A DNA stretch of 64,000 bases. Source: Octopus vulgaris. Its lineage: Eukaryota. Each line of letters starts with the position of its first letter. Position 1 is the stretch's first letter. Positions 1 through 14,833 of the stretch are shown here, piece by piece. The position numbers and the translations under genes are program-made. Location: positions 45,260,001-45,324,000 of the forward strand of contig OX597826.1 in NCBI GenBank assembly GCA_951406725.2, given 5' to 3'. The notes beneath the pieces are model-generated. The model did no database searches. It had not been told where the DNA came from and worked only from the letters and a program-made list of their open reading frames with translations.

Positions 1-14
1 TGACAAAACTGAAG

Positions 15-440
15 GTGGCGAACTTGAAGAAATGATAAGCGCTTCGGATAAAATGCTTAGCAGTATTTTTTCTAGAATTTTGCGTTCTGATTTCAAATTT
101 TGCCGAGGTGGACTTTGCCTTTTATCTTCTTGGGTCAGTAAAATGAAGTACTAAACAGGTACAGGTGTCGTTATAATCGAATATACCCTTATCACTAAAA
201 CTGCTGGCTTTATGAAAAAAAACAAGGTGGCGAGCTTAAAAAATTGATAGGATCTCCGGACAAAATACTTAGCGGTATCCTTTCTAGGATTTTGCGTTTT
301 GATTTCAAAATTTGCAGAGGTTGACTTTGCCGTTCATCCTTTTGGGGTCGATAAAATAAGTACCAATTGAGCACTGGGCTGATGTAATCCACTTACTCCC
401 TCCTCTTAAAATTGCTGGTCTTCTGCCAATATTTGAAACC
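15..440 (+). mobile_element. Two degraded tandem copies of SINE family B (GGCGGCGAGCTGGCAGAA head)
   Basis: GGTGGCGAACTTG/GGTGGCGAGCTT heads, then GTTCTGATTTCAAATT..GAGG..GACTTTGCC..ATC..GGGTC..TAAAAT.AGTAC, matching the clean copy at 41824-42055. Confidence 0.75.
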
Positions 441-1796
441 GATATTTTTATTTTCTATAAAAACTATTAAAAATATTTTTCTATGTATCACAAATTTGAA
501 AGTTTCCTCGTAGGAATCGGTGCAATGAAGAAAATTATAGAAATCTATATTTATGAAATCATATAGCGATTAACGACTAACTCCACTGTGAGCTATCATC
601 ATATGCAGGAACTTTCATTGATGTTTAAAATTACATGTATGGTGAGCTTTATGGATATCTAAAATAGGTGATAACTGTAAGAGGTTTAATGAATATTGAG
701 AAGTATGTTACTGCGAAGAGATAGAAATCTGTTAATGTTAGCTGATTTAATGGTATGGCACTGGAATTAAACTTTATGGACACCTCGAAACTGTCTTTGA
801 AGAAACTTTCTGTCACGTAATACATAACAGATCGACGACGATGGCTTAGGAGATGGATTGGCGATAAGGCTTTGTGATCACATTTAGTTTAAATTTTATT
901 ATTGTTGCATGATGTTTAAAGCAGATTAATCTAATATAGGGGCTATGAGATTGGTAATTTAACGTTTAGGTTGACAAAAATCAATTTCAGAAGCTTGTAG
1001 ATTTATGATTTTTATGAAATATCTGCAGATATCGCTAAAATGCATTTTTCATTATTTATTTTTAAATAGATTCTTAATAATCAGCGCCAAAGATATTCCA
1101 GGAATCAACACGACATCATAGATTTTTTTTCATGATAATGAATATTTAATATTAATCTCTTTGTTTCTATATAAAACGGATCTCTTAAACTGATATGAAA
1201 TATAACGATAGATAATGTGAGTGAACAGAAAGATAATTCTCTCAGCACCCCCTACTTTCTTTATCTCTCTCCCTTTCTCTGTCTCTGTCTCTCTCTGTCT
1301 CTCTCTCTCTATCTATCTATTTATCTCTTTCACACACACATATACACACATGCATTCTTTCCCGATGTCGTACATGGTTACAGCAAAATCATTTCATTAA
1401 AGAAAATAACAGCATTAGGTAAAATCTGGCAAGATGTGATGCCAGCATTACAAGATGGTTTGTTTTGTCGTATGGTTCATTAAGTGTGTGTTTCTCTGTA
1501 ATGAATCCAGAATGGTTTTGTTTTGCAGTTCAATAATGATTACAGATGTTTAAATTTTTCGAGGCAGATTCTTTAACTAAACTGACACGAAGTTCTTGTT
1601 AACATCATGTCGAGTTCTTGGCTATTGGGATTCAGAAATTACGAAGCAAGATGGTGTTGTCTCGACAGTGCTAATTACAATTCTTGGAAGTGAATTGAAT
1701 AGAACATACGTACATATATACATACGTACATACATACATTAATAAATACATACATACATACATATATATATTCGTACATACATATATGTGTATATG

Positions 1797-1846
<50 letters not shown>

Positions 1847-2557
1847 TACATATACATACATATGTATATAAATATATATTTACATACATACACATGCACA
1901 CGTGTAAGTATATATATGTATATATGTATGTATGTGTGTGCGTGTGTGTGTGTATATATATATGTGTGTGCGTGTGTGTGTGTGTGTATGTATATATATG
2001 TGCGTGTATATGTATGTATGCATATGTTTGTAAAGATGTACTTGGAAACTCGCCAAGCGACACTGGGATGTTTTCGAAGTGATTATCTCTCAGGAGGTAA
2101 CGAACCTCGTCTTTTCTCAACTAATAACTCAGTTTCAAATGCTGTAATACTACACTTTAACGAATAACAATCTATATACCAGCGGATATTTTTACACACC
2201 AGTGATTTGGAAACAGTATTGTAAAAGCAATATTGAACCAGAATTTAAACCGATAGAAAATTTTATTGAGACATTATTTCATCGAGTGCCAGCACAAAGT
2301 CTGTGCCAAACACTTAGCTTTTGATTATAAACTTGGTAATGCATCGCTGACTGATACAGTATTAATCAAGTAATATATTCTACTGGGGAAGAAATATCGA
2401 AAATCATCCGAGTGTTTAAGACAATATCTATAGCAATAACTCGCTACATCCATGAAAGTATGTGCCAATGTTCAGATGTATTTTTATAGGTATGTGTCAC
2501 ACGCCATTAATCAATATTCTGCACGGTATTCTCAATTGCTATGTTGAGCTCGATATC

Positions 2558-2604
<47 letters not shown>

Positions 2605-3521
2605 AAATTGCAGGTTTATCACATCACCTTAGTTGACACCAAATATATTCTGACAGGGTGTCGATGAAATATTCACACGTATATATTTATGTTTTATTGC
2701 AGTCTATTTGTAATTAAGTTTGGAAGAAACAGCAACAAAGCTCTTCATCTAGTAAATAATTTAATGCTTTCCATAAGCTTTCTTGCTTTTCATTTCCCCG
2801 TGTGCAAACCTTTTCGCGAACATATTTAGAATCATAACCGATCTGATCTGAAGACAGAACACCTATCTACTGCTATTATATGCTATTTCCATATGACTTG
2901 CCATTCTGAATCTGTCGGAAATTCGCTACTGACATCGAAAGAAACCATATTTAATATCTTACTAAAAGTCATCGTTCCTGTCATACATATTTATTCTGTT
3001 TTGATATTGATAGAATTATGATTCTTGTCCAGTCTTCATCACATATGAAGCCTTGTGCACCAGTATATATTTCTTTTACTTTTTTTTCCTTTTATTATTA
3101 AATCATCTACTGAACTATTTTACTTTTTAACATTATTATTTAATATTTTCAAGATAAACAGCGGTAAATCTTCATAAATTCGGAGTATATCTAATGACAA
3201 GTTTTGTGATTTAACTACATTAGTACGATGCTATCTTAAAAGTATTTCACAGACAGCATTCTAATTAGTTTTATCAGTTCTACAAAACACATGTAGTATC
3301 TACAATTGATTAATATCTAGTTTTACTATCTTATTAACTGACGCAGTCCCACCATCTCAACTTTTATGTAAGGTACTCCGGAGAGGCGTTTGGAGAGAGT
3401 GGGAGCCTACTGACCCACTGTTCAACTTCTGTAGTTGAACTAAAAAGCATTGGGCGTGTGTAAACAGGCTGAGATACGGCCGGAAATGCGGCTAATATTG
3501 ATTTTGTGAATCCCCTAACAT

Positions 3522-3820
3522 CAGTGCCACCCAAAATGCTGGTCCGCGAGCCATCAGCTGCCTGTACGCACAAGGTTTCCAGAGAAACATTATAAAATGA
3601 TTATGTAATATTGTATTATTTACTCTTTTACTTGTTTCAGTCATTTGACTGCGGCCATGCTGGAGCATCGCCTTTAGCCGAGCGAATCGACCCCAGGACT
3701 TATTCTTTGTAAGCCTAGTACTTATTCTATCGGTTCTTTTGCCGAACCGCTAAGTTACGGGGACGTAAACACACCAGCATCGGTTGTCAAGCGATGTTGT
3801 GGGGGACAAACACAGACACA

Positions 3821-3906
<86 letters not shown>

Positions 3907-4242
3907 TACGACGGGCTTCTTTCAGTTTCCGTCTACCAAATCCACTCACACGGCTTTGGTCGACCCGAGGCTATAGTAGAAGAAACTTGCCCAAGGTACC
4001 ACGTAGTGGGACTGAACCCGGGACCATGTGGTTGGTAAGCATGCTACTTACCACACAGTCACTCCTACGCCTTTGTTTACAAAATAAATATAATATTAAA
4101 AAAAATTGCCAACTTTTATTATATTCATTATATATATTGTTTCCGGCATAAATTAATATTACTAAGAAATATTACCGCTACCCGACACATTGGAAAAAAA
4201 AAAACTGCCGGTACGCCATATCAGATAGTTTCAGAAGCACTG
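3522..4242. mobile_element. hAT/Charlie-type non-autonomous element interrupted by a SINE
   Basis: Imperfect TIRs CAGTGCCACCCAAA ... TTTCAGAAGCACTG, GGTCCGCG/GGTACGC subterminal motifs, near-TSD CCCTAACAT / CCCTACAT. Confidence 0.65.
3619..4071 (-). mobile_element. SINE family A, full-length (tRNA-derived head, internal microsatellite)
   Basis: Minus strand GGCGTAGGAGTGACTGTGTGGTAAG (A-box like)...GGGTTCAGTCCC (B-box like), CCTTGGGCAAG core, (TA)n(TG)n middle, GAAACAAGTAAAAGAGTAAA tail; many near-identical copies in window. Confidence 0.92.
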
Positions 4243-5749
4243 CCCTACATGACTAGCATGTGAGGTATGCCCACGAAACACAAAAATGCCTCGCGTAATA
4301 TTGTCTAGCTTCTTCGATCATAGTGTTATATGGAAAGCTCTATACAGTTAACGAAGGATACATCAAGTGGGTTTCGAATGTTAATTTGGAAGTGTGAGAA
4401 ACGTCACTCACGTAACAATAAAATTAACAGGGATAACTAACTTAAGGTATGAAGAGTTGGTTACCAGCTCCTTCAAGAAATATATTCAATTACTTCAAAA
4501 TGACTTTTATGTTGGAGAAAATCAAAAATCCAACGGCAACTACCAATGACACCCAGAGAAAAGAACACAACTGCAATGCCTCAAGTAAATTCAGATCGTT
4601 TATTGGCCATGTAAACCCTCGCAGTCAAGTGGTTAGAGTGTTTGACTTAAGATCGCAAGGTATAAGATTCAGTGTTCAATTCCTGAAATGATCGTTACAC
4701 TGTGGTCTTGATCACGGTACTTTATTTTACATTGCTCTGAACTGAAAAGTGTACGAGCAACGTCCAAGCGTCTCTCTCCCTCTCTCTCTGTTTTATTTTC
4801 TCTGTCAAATCCTGGATGCATCACTGGGCCAAAGTGATGGGCATATATGGGTGACTATACATACATACATGCATATGTGTGTGTGTGTGTGTTAAAAACA
4901 TAAACGCACAAACAAACGGGAAATAGACACAGAAGTTCACCAAATATATACATGTATATATGTATGTATATATATATATATATACTGACACACACACACG
5001 CATACACATATGTGTGGGTTTATATATATGTAACTATATATATGTATCTATCAATCTATGTAAATATGTGTGTATGAGTAATTTACAAGTGAACTGTGAA
5101 AGTAAAACTGCGACTCTATCTCTTTTTTTTTTTTTTTACCCTTGCTACCCATGAGAGAATTTGAACTCGGCACATAACCAGTTAAAATAGCAATCAATTA
5201 TACTACCTTTACCCACTTCCAGCAGTGAAGTGGACCTCCCTACTAAGAGTGCTGATCTAGTATCTCGTTGATCTCTGAGTATATCTGGGTTATTTGGTGT
5301 TAAGTCTCTTGGAAGTTAAAGTCACTGAGAGGACAACGCAGCGTTAGTGGCGACGCACAGATGTCCATGTAAACTCAGAGAGACAGAAGGACAGAGAAGG
5401 AAAGATTGAGAGAGAGAGAGAAGGGGGAGAGAGAGAAAGGTAGTAAGAGGTAGGTAGTACGATAGCGAAAAAGTGACAAAAAGTGGAAGGGAAGTAGCGG
5501 GAGGGGAGAAGAAAGGAGGGAAATTGTGCACAGAGGGACATGTAGATCAGTAGATAAGTCAACGGACACGAAGATAAATAGGAGAGGTAGGTAGGTAGGT
5601 TGGAAGGCGGGTAGCCGGGTGGGAATGCTGACTCAGAGACTGACAGACGAACTGAAATACTGACGGACGCGGAAACAGATAAAAAGAGAAATAAATAAAT
5701 ACACAAATAGGTAGATAGAGAGGCAGACAGAAAGGCAGATAGGTAAGTA

Positions 5750-6243
<494 letters not shown>

Positions 6244-6409
6244 TGTTTCTTTATTAGCCACACAGGGCTGCACACAGACAGAACAAATTACAAGGTAGAG
6301 CTTTTCTTTTGGGGGGTATAAATAGATAGATAGATAGATACATAGTGAAGGACATTAAAGAGATAAATATATGTGATGCATAAAAGCAAAGGCTTGAAAG
6401 ATTTGCGCT

Positions 6410-6450
<41 letters not shown>

Positions 6451-6507
6451 ATATTTAATAATAATCGTTATTATTCACCTCTCTTGGAACCCACTCCTTA
6501 CGTAGAT

Positions 6508-6929
6508 ACTCTCCCTTTTACTCTTTTACTTGTTTCAGTCATTTGACTGCGGACTTGCTGGAGCACTGCCTTTAGTCGATCAAATCGACCCCGGGACTTA
6601 TTCTTTGTAAGCCCCGTACTTGATCTATCGCTCTCTTTTGCCGAACCGCTAAGTTACGGGGACGTAAACACGCCAGCATCGGTTGTCAAGCGATGATGGG
6701 GGGGGGGGACAAACACAGACACACAAACATATACACACACATGCATATATATGTATACATATATACGACGGGCTTCTTTCAGTTTCCGTCTACCAAATCC
6801 ACTCACAAGGCTTTGGTCGGCCCGAGGCTATAGTAATAGACACTTGCCCAAAGTGCCACAGAGTGGGACTGAACCCGGAACCTTGTGGTTGGTAAGCAAG
6901 CTACTTACCACACAGCCCCCTCCTGTGCC
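6508..6929 (-). mobile_element. SINE family A, full-length
   Basis: Colinear with 3619-4071. Confidence 0.92.
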
Positions 6930-7344
6930 TATATTTAATAATAAATAATAATCATTATTATTTCCCTCTCTCGGAACCTGCTCCTTACGTAGATCCGAAA
7001 TATATTATGGACCATTCATTTATTACAAAGTGCGTTTCGTGATTAGCCTCAGGGCTGTTGATATACTTGGTCGGTAGAGTTAATCGTATACATAACCTGA
7101 ATATCATTCTGTCTGTACTTCGGTACCCGCATATATATATATATATGAAGACATTTTACTTTTCGACCCGACCTTACCATTCAAGTGTCTGATTCACTTG
7201 AATCCTGATCTATTATCGTGTATGTGTGTGTGTGCGTGTATATTAAAGATTCTAAATGGTTTAGCAACTAAATTTGGGATTGAAAGTTATACCTATCCCC
7301 TAACTGGACGCCACTACATAGTACCAAAGATTTCCCCCATCTCT

Positions 7345-7710
7345 GGCGCGGCTGTGGTAAGAAGCTTGCTTCGCAACCACATAGTTCTGGGTTCAGTCCC
7401 ACTGCTAGAGCTCCTTGGACAAGTGTCTTCTACTATACCGGCGGGTCGATGAAAGCCCTGTGTGTGGATTTGGTTGATAAAAACTGATAGAAACCCTCAT
7501 ATACATGTGTCTGTGTGTCGTGTTTGTCCCACCCACCGCTGCTTCACAACCGGTACCCGTGTGTTTTTGTCACCGTAACCTAGTGGTTAGACAAAAAAGA
7601 CCGATAGAATAGGTACTAGGCTTAAAAGAAAGTCTTGAGGTCGATTCGTTTCGACTAAAGCCCCTCAAGGCGGTGGTCCAGCATGTCCGCAGTCAAATAA
7701 TGAAAGAAAT
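7345..7710 (+). mobile_element. SINE family A, older diverged copy
   Basis: GGCTGTGGTAAGAAGCTTGCT..GGTTCAGTCCCACTG..CCTTGGACAAG..CCGCAGTCAAAT. Confidence 0.8.
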
Positions 7711-7726
7711 AAAATATATATACATA

Positions 7727-8132
7727 GGCGCAGAAGTCGCTGAGTGGTAAGTAGCTTGCTTTCTAACCAAGTAGTTCTGGGTTCAGTCCCACTGCGTGGC
7801 ACCAACTGTAGCCTCGGGCTGTCCAAATTCTTGTGAGTGCATTTAGTAGACGGAAGCTGAAAGAAGCCCGTCGTACACGTACACATGTATGTATGTATGT
7901 ATGTATGTATGTATGTATGTATGTATGTATGTTTGTGTGTCAGTGTTTATCCCTCCACCATCGCTTGACAAGCGATATTAGTGCGTTTACGTCTCCGTAA
8001 CTTAGCGGTTCGGCCAAAGAGACCGATAGAATAAGTACTAGGCTTACAAAGAATAAGTCTTGGAGAGGATTTGTTCGACGAAAAGCCGGTGCTCCAGCAT
8101 GACCGCAGTCATATGACTGAAACAAGTAAAAA
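7727..8132 (+). mobile_element. SINE family A
   Basis: GGCGCAGAAGTCGCTGAGTGGTAAGTAGC head to ATGACTGAAACAAGTAAAA tail. Confidence 0.88.
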
Positions 8133-8367
8133 ATTAAAAGTGTATATGAATGTGTTCATGCTCGCGCGCGTATGTGTGTAGAGGATAAAAACATTTCCTA
8201 TAATGCTAATACTTTTTTTTACAGTATACAGGTATAACTCTTCACTTCTATGTGAGTATGCGTATATGTTTATAAATATGTGTGTATGTATGTGTGTATG
8301 TATGTATGTGTGTATGTATGTATGTATGTATGTATGTATATATGTGTGCATGTATTTATGTATGTAT

Positions 8368-8417
<50 letters not shown>

Positions 8418-8528
8418 TTTTTGTGTGCGTGGAATACTTGTTTTGCAAGATTCTTGATATGAAATCGTGTGTTGAAACATTTATTGTTATACTTGGTGAT
8501 GGCCATCCTTTCTGTCTGTACTTCGGTA

Positions 8529-8572
<44 letters not shown>

Positions 8573-9299
8573 TCTATTTCTATGGTGAACACATTTTACT
8601 TTTCGACCCGACCATACCATTTAAGTATCTGATTCACTTGAATCCTGATCTATTATCGTGTATGTGTGTGTGCGTGTATATTTATTTGGTCTTCAACTTT
8701 AAATTTTATTATTCTTGTATTAGTTTATTTGTCGGAGTTCTTTCTGTCTAGGAGTGAAGAGGAGACGCGTGGGACAGAACTGAAAGAAGCCCTCGTATAT
8801 ATATGTCTGTGTGTGTGTGTGTATATATGTCGTTGTGTCTGTCACATCGTTGAAGATGTCACAAAATATGCGATGAAATATCTCTGATATATAAACAAAT
8901 ACAGTAATAAAAAAAAATAGAGCTAAACCGAAAAGCAGATAAATGTTGCGTGTGTTTAACTGGCAAAAGATGACCAGTCGCAAGTATAACAATATAACAA
9001 TATAATACCACACACTTTCTCTCTCTCTCTCTCTCTCTATCCCTCTCTCTCGCTCTTTCTCTCTCTCCTTCTCTCTCGCACACACATGTACAGTATATGT
9101 GTTATGTACACCAGGCTACAGAATGAGGACAAATCGTTGCCAACATTCTGTTCGCAACACGTGAACCATAAAATACGATAAAAGAAATGATGTCGTTAAC
9201 AATTATCTACGCGACCTGTACTATCTGATGGATATCGAGAAGTCATTTTAAATTTCTCTTAACTTATATTTACTGTCTCCGAACATCTGGTGCGGTGGG

Positions 9300-10560
9300 G
9301 TCGGGGTGGGCAAGATGATACGTATACCCAAACGTACTACTCAATGTAGTCTCCATCAAAAACGATGCATTCGCACCATCGCTGAATCCAATTCTTGGGA
9401 TATCTTTGAAAAAATCCTTGTGTGCACTCTTTTACGTACTCACTCACACATAATCTCACATCGTTGGAAGTTGGCATCCTTTTTGTCTCGGGAGACAATG
9501 GAGTTGCGCATAAAGTAGTCTAGTCCGGCTTTTACATTTCATATCCTGATACATTTCCTGGAGCGGCTGTGTAGTCCTATCCTGGACAAACACTCCCTCT
9601 GGCAGGTACCGCAAATGTAGCGAAGACTGTTCCTGGCTGGTTGTAATGCCATAGTTTCTTGCTGAAGTCTTTTCCTGTCTTTCCATTTCTCCTCTCTCTC
9701 TCTGTCACTCCTTTGTATTCTCTCTCAACATAAACTCCAAAGATCCTTAATCGAACAGAACAGGTGGGAGTCGGAATGCATCAAACTTAGGCAGTAACGT
9801 GGATGAGAAAATAATGATCAACACAATACGCCGATTGATGGATTTGATATCAAAAGTGTGTGTGTGGTGAAGCATTACCATTGGAAATGTGGATTGTTTT
9901 TAGAAATTTGCTCGATCTCTTCTTTCCTTATGGCTTCTCTAAGAAATTCAAGGATAACGATACTTATGGGATCGCCCAAAACTGTCACCATGACTTCCTG
10001 AACCGATTACGAATATTTGAACTTATTAGGCCTTGTAGGAAAGCTGTAACACCAACACTTAGGCTGAGCAAAACATAAACACACGGCCATGTTTCATCCC
10101 CAGATTGGGAAACAAACGCGTCTCCTCAATAGCTTCAAACTTTCCCGATAGATCAGAGCAGACCTCCACACTTCTCTCTCCTTCAAATCGAACTTCAACT
10201 CCTATGGTACTCACTTAGAATACACTTTCAGATTCTCAATTTCGTGACCAGAGAGCAGCAAGCTCGCGAACTGCAACTCGTTTTGTCACACGAATGACTT
10301 CGTTCACTCACTGGTGCCTCGTGGTAATGGTTACAGTCAATGGTTTCCCACTGCATGGTTTTGTCTTCTATACTTGTTTATTATTCATGCTACTTTATCG
10401 AACTATCTGTTCTCCGTAGTGTCATCTCCGCGAACAACTTGCAAACTTCCGTGGGCGCTGTCAGCCGGCAACCCTTTCTTCGTCAAAAACACAATGACGG
10501 TACGTTGCTTCGATTTGGAAACTAATATGTGCTGGCAATGAAAACAATAGGGCGAATTGT
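9300..10560 (-). mobile_element. Highly degraded mariner transposase relic
   Basis: Minus-strand fragments QRTVIVFLTKKGLPADSAHGSLQVVRGDD (mariner N-terminus like) and HPRYCLSLMHSDSHLF (decayed HPPYSPDLAPSDFHLF). Confidence 0.6.
9548..9690 (-). mobile_element. RTE-clade LINE 3' fragment nested in the mariner relic
   Basis: Minus frame ICGTCQRECLSRIGLHSRSRKC, the same C-terminal zinc-finger-like motif as the RTE at 20412-21140. Confidence 0.65.
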
Positions 10561-10709
10561 TACTATAGGAGTGTTACTCTCCAGCATGTGAAATTTGAAC
10601 AACTTTTGTTAGTTGACAAATTATCATGCTTCTTTTGCAACAATTTCGGTATAAGCCGCGTGTGTGTATGTGAAAGTATATGTTTGTGTGATGCATGCAT
10701 ATATATTTA

Positions 10710-12357
10710 CAGGTATACCTCACTCTACGTCGTTAATTGATCCCAGGAGACACGACTCAAGTCGAAAAACGATTTAAGTCGAATTAACTCGTCTCTAGGC
10801 TAGGCTAAGCCGAATTTACTTGTCTCTAAGCTAAACCGATAATAACCATTCCCAGTTCTGTACTTTATTTATGAATGCATTTTCAATAATGCATGGTTAA
10901 TAAAAACCTATTTTAAGCTTACAAACAAATATTTTTTTTTATTTTATAATACAGTACAGTAAAATAAAAAAGTAATCTAAATTTACGAATACAATTTAGC
11001 AGTGTTTACTGTACATCGCGGACGCTTTATTTATGAATGCGGTTTGCACTAAGACATGGTAAAATTAAAAAAAAATTTAAGCTTAAAAAAACAACTTCAG
11101 TAATTATTATTATTTTGCAATAATAACAAAAAAAAATTATTATTTTAAATTTACAAATTCGTACATACAATTTTGTGGTTTACATCGTGGGATGTAGATG
11201 GCTGCGGATCGTCGACAGCTGATTCTGGCTGCGCTTGTTGTTCGATGCGCTTAAAAAACCGGTTGAGAGTTCCTTGAATTTTCTTCTTTTCCTCAAGGAT
11301 TACATTATAAGGAGCAAAAGCATCGGGACAAGCTACATAATTTTGGAAAAGCGTTGAGCATTTGAATCCACATCATCGAAATTAGAAAGACCTTTTTTCG
11401 ATATATTCAAATACTTGCTGCATTTTCTTAATGGTAAAGTGACATGGCTCAGGTTCGACTTCCTCTCCTTCCTTATTTTGCTGCTCGTGAAGGTCTATCA
11501 AATACTCGTTCGTCAGAGGTTGCTTGTCTTTTTCAAATAAATCTGCGAAATCCTTCTCCTCCAAATCCATATCCAGTTCTTTGCTCGTAGTCACCAACGT
11601 TTTGTTGATGGCAACATTATCAAACCCCTTAAAATCATTCCCGAATTGCGGGCATAGCTTCTTCCATACACCATTCACAGCCATGTTCTGTACATCATTT
11701 CATGCCGCTGCTATGTTCTGTATAGCCTTGTCGATATCGCATCTCTTCCAAAAGTCACGAAGTGTGATAGATTCACCAAGATCAGTTGCAGCTATTGCTT
11801 GCCGCAGCGTACACTTCATATAGTAACGCTTGAAGATAGCAATTACTTCACTATAAATTTTCTTAGAAGCCATGAGGGGGGGGGGGCAAAAAATAAAGTC
11901 ACAAATGAATAAGAATGAGAAAGTAGCCAATAAACAGACGTAAACAAGTCTGAATTCAAAACAATCGCGGAAATCACGAGTAACAACGACGCCTAACGGT
12001 ATATATTGGAACTACAGTGCAATATGAGCTCCGAAAGAACGATAAATAAGACAATACAGCTGATTTCATCATTTCCCTCACTAAGCTACATTACTTTATG
12101 GTGTGTATCTTAACATTTACTGTACGTATTTTAATATGATTTAATATGCTTTTATTCTTCTTTATTATACAGTTAGGTGATTTTATGTGCTTTTAACGGT
12201 TTTCTAATGATTTTACGAATCATTATTTGTGGCGAACAGACGTGAAGTTGAGTAAAATGACTTCACTTGATTTTTATTTTTCCATATATTATTTTTGAAA
12301 ACCGACATATAATCGAGAACGACTTAAATCGAAAGGATTTAAGCCGAGGTATGCCTG
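10710..12357 (-). mobile_element. Internally deleted pogo/Tigger DNA transposon
   Basis: TIRs CAGGTATACCTC / GAGGTATGCCTG with TA on both sides; minus-strand MASKK start joined to VIAIFKRYY..LRDFWK..AIQNIAAA*..NGVWKKLCPQFGNDFKGFD (TIGD1/Tigger C-terminal part). Confidence 0.9.
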
Positions 12358-13123
12358 TACACGTATATATGTATATATTAAATATATACGTGTGTGGATG
12401 GGTGTCCATTTGTCTGTGTGTATACGTATCTCTCCATTCGGTTATCTATGTCTGAATGAAATAGGTTTCTGTAAGAAGCTAAGGAGCCTATCAAACTTTA
12501 AATCACATAGAGCCTTTTTGACGCGACTATACTCTATACTGTTTTCTCCCACATCCTCTCTCATCCCCTTTCCCCCCTTTCACCGTTTTCTATATGTCCC
12601 TCTCTCTCTCTCTCCCCTTTTCTCTTTTTCTCTCTCTCATTGCTCACACATGACCATCATCCATCTTTCTTTTCCTTACATGACCATCTTTCTTTTCCTG
12701 CATGGACGTTCTAAGGACTGGACTCTCTTATCTCTCTCTCTTCTATCTTTTCTCCTTTCAAAGAAAATATTTCTCTCAGCGTTCACTATTTTCCCCTCGT
12801 TCTGGTCCAACGATCCTCCATGTTTGTTTTCGTTCGGTTTCCTTTTATGTCTCCACTGTCCTGTTTTTGCTCCCAATTTTGACCCTCCATAAATCCAAAA
12901 CTATATTTTAGTATTTATGGAAGCAACTATCTTCGAAGACTCATATTGTCGTTGATTGCTCAAAATGGAGAGCCGTTAGACAGCCGACAACTGATGAAGG
13001 GTCGTTCTTTATATTCTTTGTATTACTTGTCTTGCTTTCCATTTGTCTCTCATTATTTGCGTATTTAACTCATTTGTTTTCATACTTCATGCTGTTTACT
13101 GTTGGTGAAGCCTTTACCCATAT

Positions 13124-13170
<47 letters not shown>

Positions 13171-13373
13171 TATATATATATATACATATATATATATGCA
13201 TATATATATACTATTAATATTATACATATGCATATATATTATTTATATATATACATGCATATATATATACATATATCTATATGTGTGTATGTGTATTTAT
13301 ATAAATATGTATATACATACATGCATGACAAACACTCATACACATATACACATATATATGTATTATGTCTATA

Positions 13374-13426
<53 letters not shown>

Positions 13427-14000
13427 GCAAACGGAGAGGAGCACAGTCTTGAAGGCAGGTAGACAGACAGAGACAGAGAATAAAAGGCAGAAAGAGAGAG
13501 AGGGGAGAGAGAAAGACAAAAAGGGAGCGAGACAAAGAGAGCGAGACAAAGAGAGAGAGACAAAGGTAGAGAGAGAGAGAGAGATACATAGACACACATA
13601 AAAAAAGAGACATGCTGTGAAATTCATTAACCCCAAAATGTATTAAAATCGTTCAGTCTTCTCCGACCCACATTCACCATCGCCGCTGCTTCATTCGGAT
13701 GCTCAACCCACTGCTGTTTCTCACAGTAACCCCGTGTCTTCACGGATGCGAGAGTACCACCTCCGAGGCGGTCTAGCATGTGGTCTGAGGTTTTTGCTAA
13801 GTCTTGGCACAAAACCAGAAACTATGGAGGAATTGGGTGGCCTTCATATTACATGGACGAATCGTTTCAGTCTCTTCCTTCTTATTACCTCGGTAATTGT
13901 GCATATCATGTGAAGAGCTTTCCTCATAGAATATATTTACATATACAGGGATACAAAGAAGCACACACACACACACAGACACACACACACACACAGACAG

Positions 14001-14069
<69 letters not shown>

Positions 14070-14766
14070 TGCTTGCACAAATATAATGTATATATGAAAT
14101 TGTATGTCTTTATATATGTATGCACATATTATAAATATATATCTATATATATCTATTTATCTATCTCTCTATATAGATATATATTATAAATAGCTATACA
14201 CGTGTATGTATATATATAAATGTGTGTGTATATATACATTCACATTTATGCACACAGGCACATACAAATATATGCGTGCTTGCACAAATATAATGTATAT
14301 ATGAAATTGTATGCCTTTATATATGTATGCACATATTATATATATATATATATATTATACATACATATATATATATTTATGTGTATGTATATATGTGTAT
14401 ATATATACATACACATACACACACACACACATATATATATTTATCTATCTCTACATATAGATATATATTATACATACAAATATATATATATTTATATATA
14501 TATATATGTATATATATGTGTGCATGAATATATATATATGTATATATATGTATTTTTTTTATTTATTCTTTATTTTATCTAGTTTCAGCTCACAAGCTGT
14601 GGCCATGCTGGGGCACCGCCATATTTGTATGTATATATATATATATATATATATATGTATCTCTATATATGTATCTCTATATATCTATATATATATAAAT
14701 GTAGTGTGTGTGCGTGCGTGTACGTATCTATCTTTATGTGTGTAAGCATGTGTGTATAAATATCCG

Positions 14767-14833
<67 letters not shown>

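Noticed and set aside
12985-13040. GACAACTGATGAAGGG, possible ninth hammerhead
   Set aside because: No matching GAAA / stem III / stem I partner found downstream.
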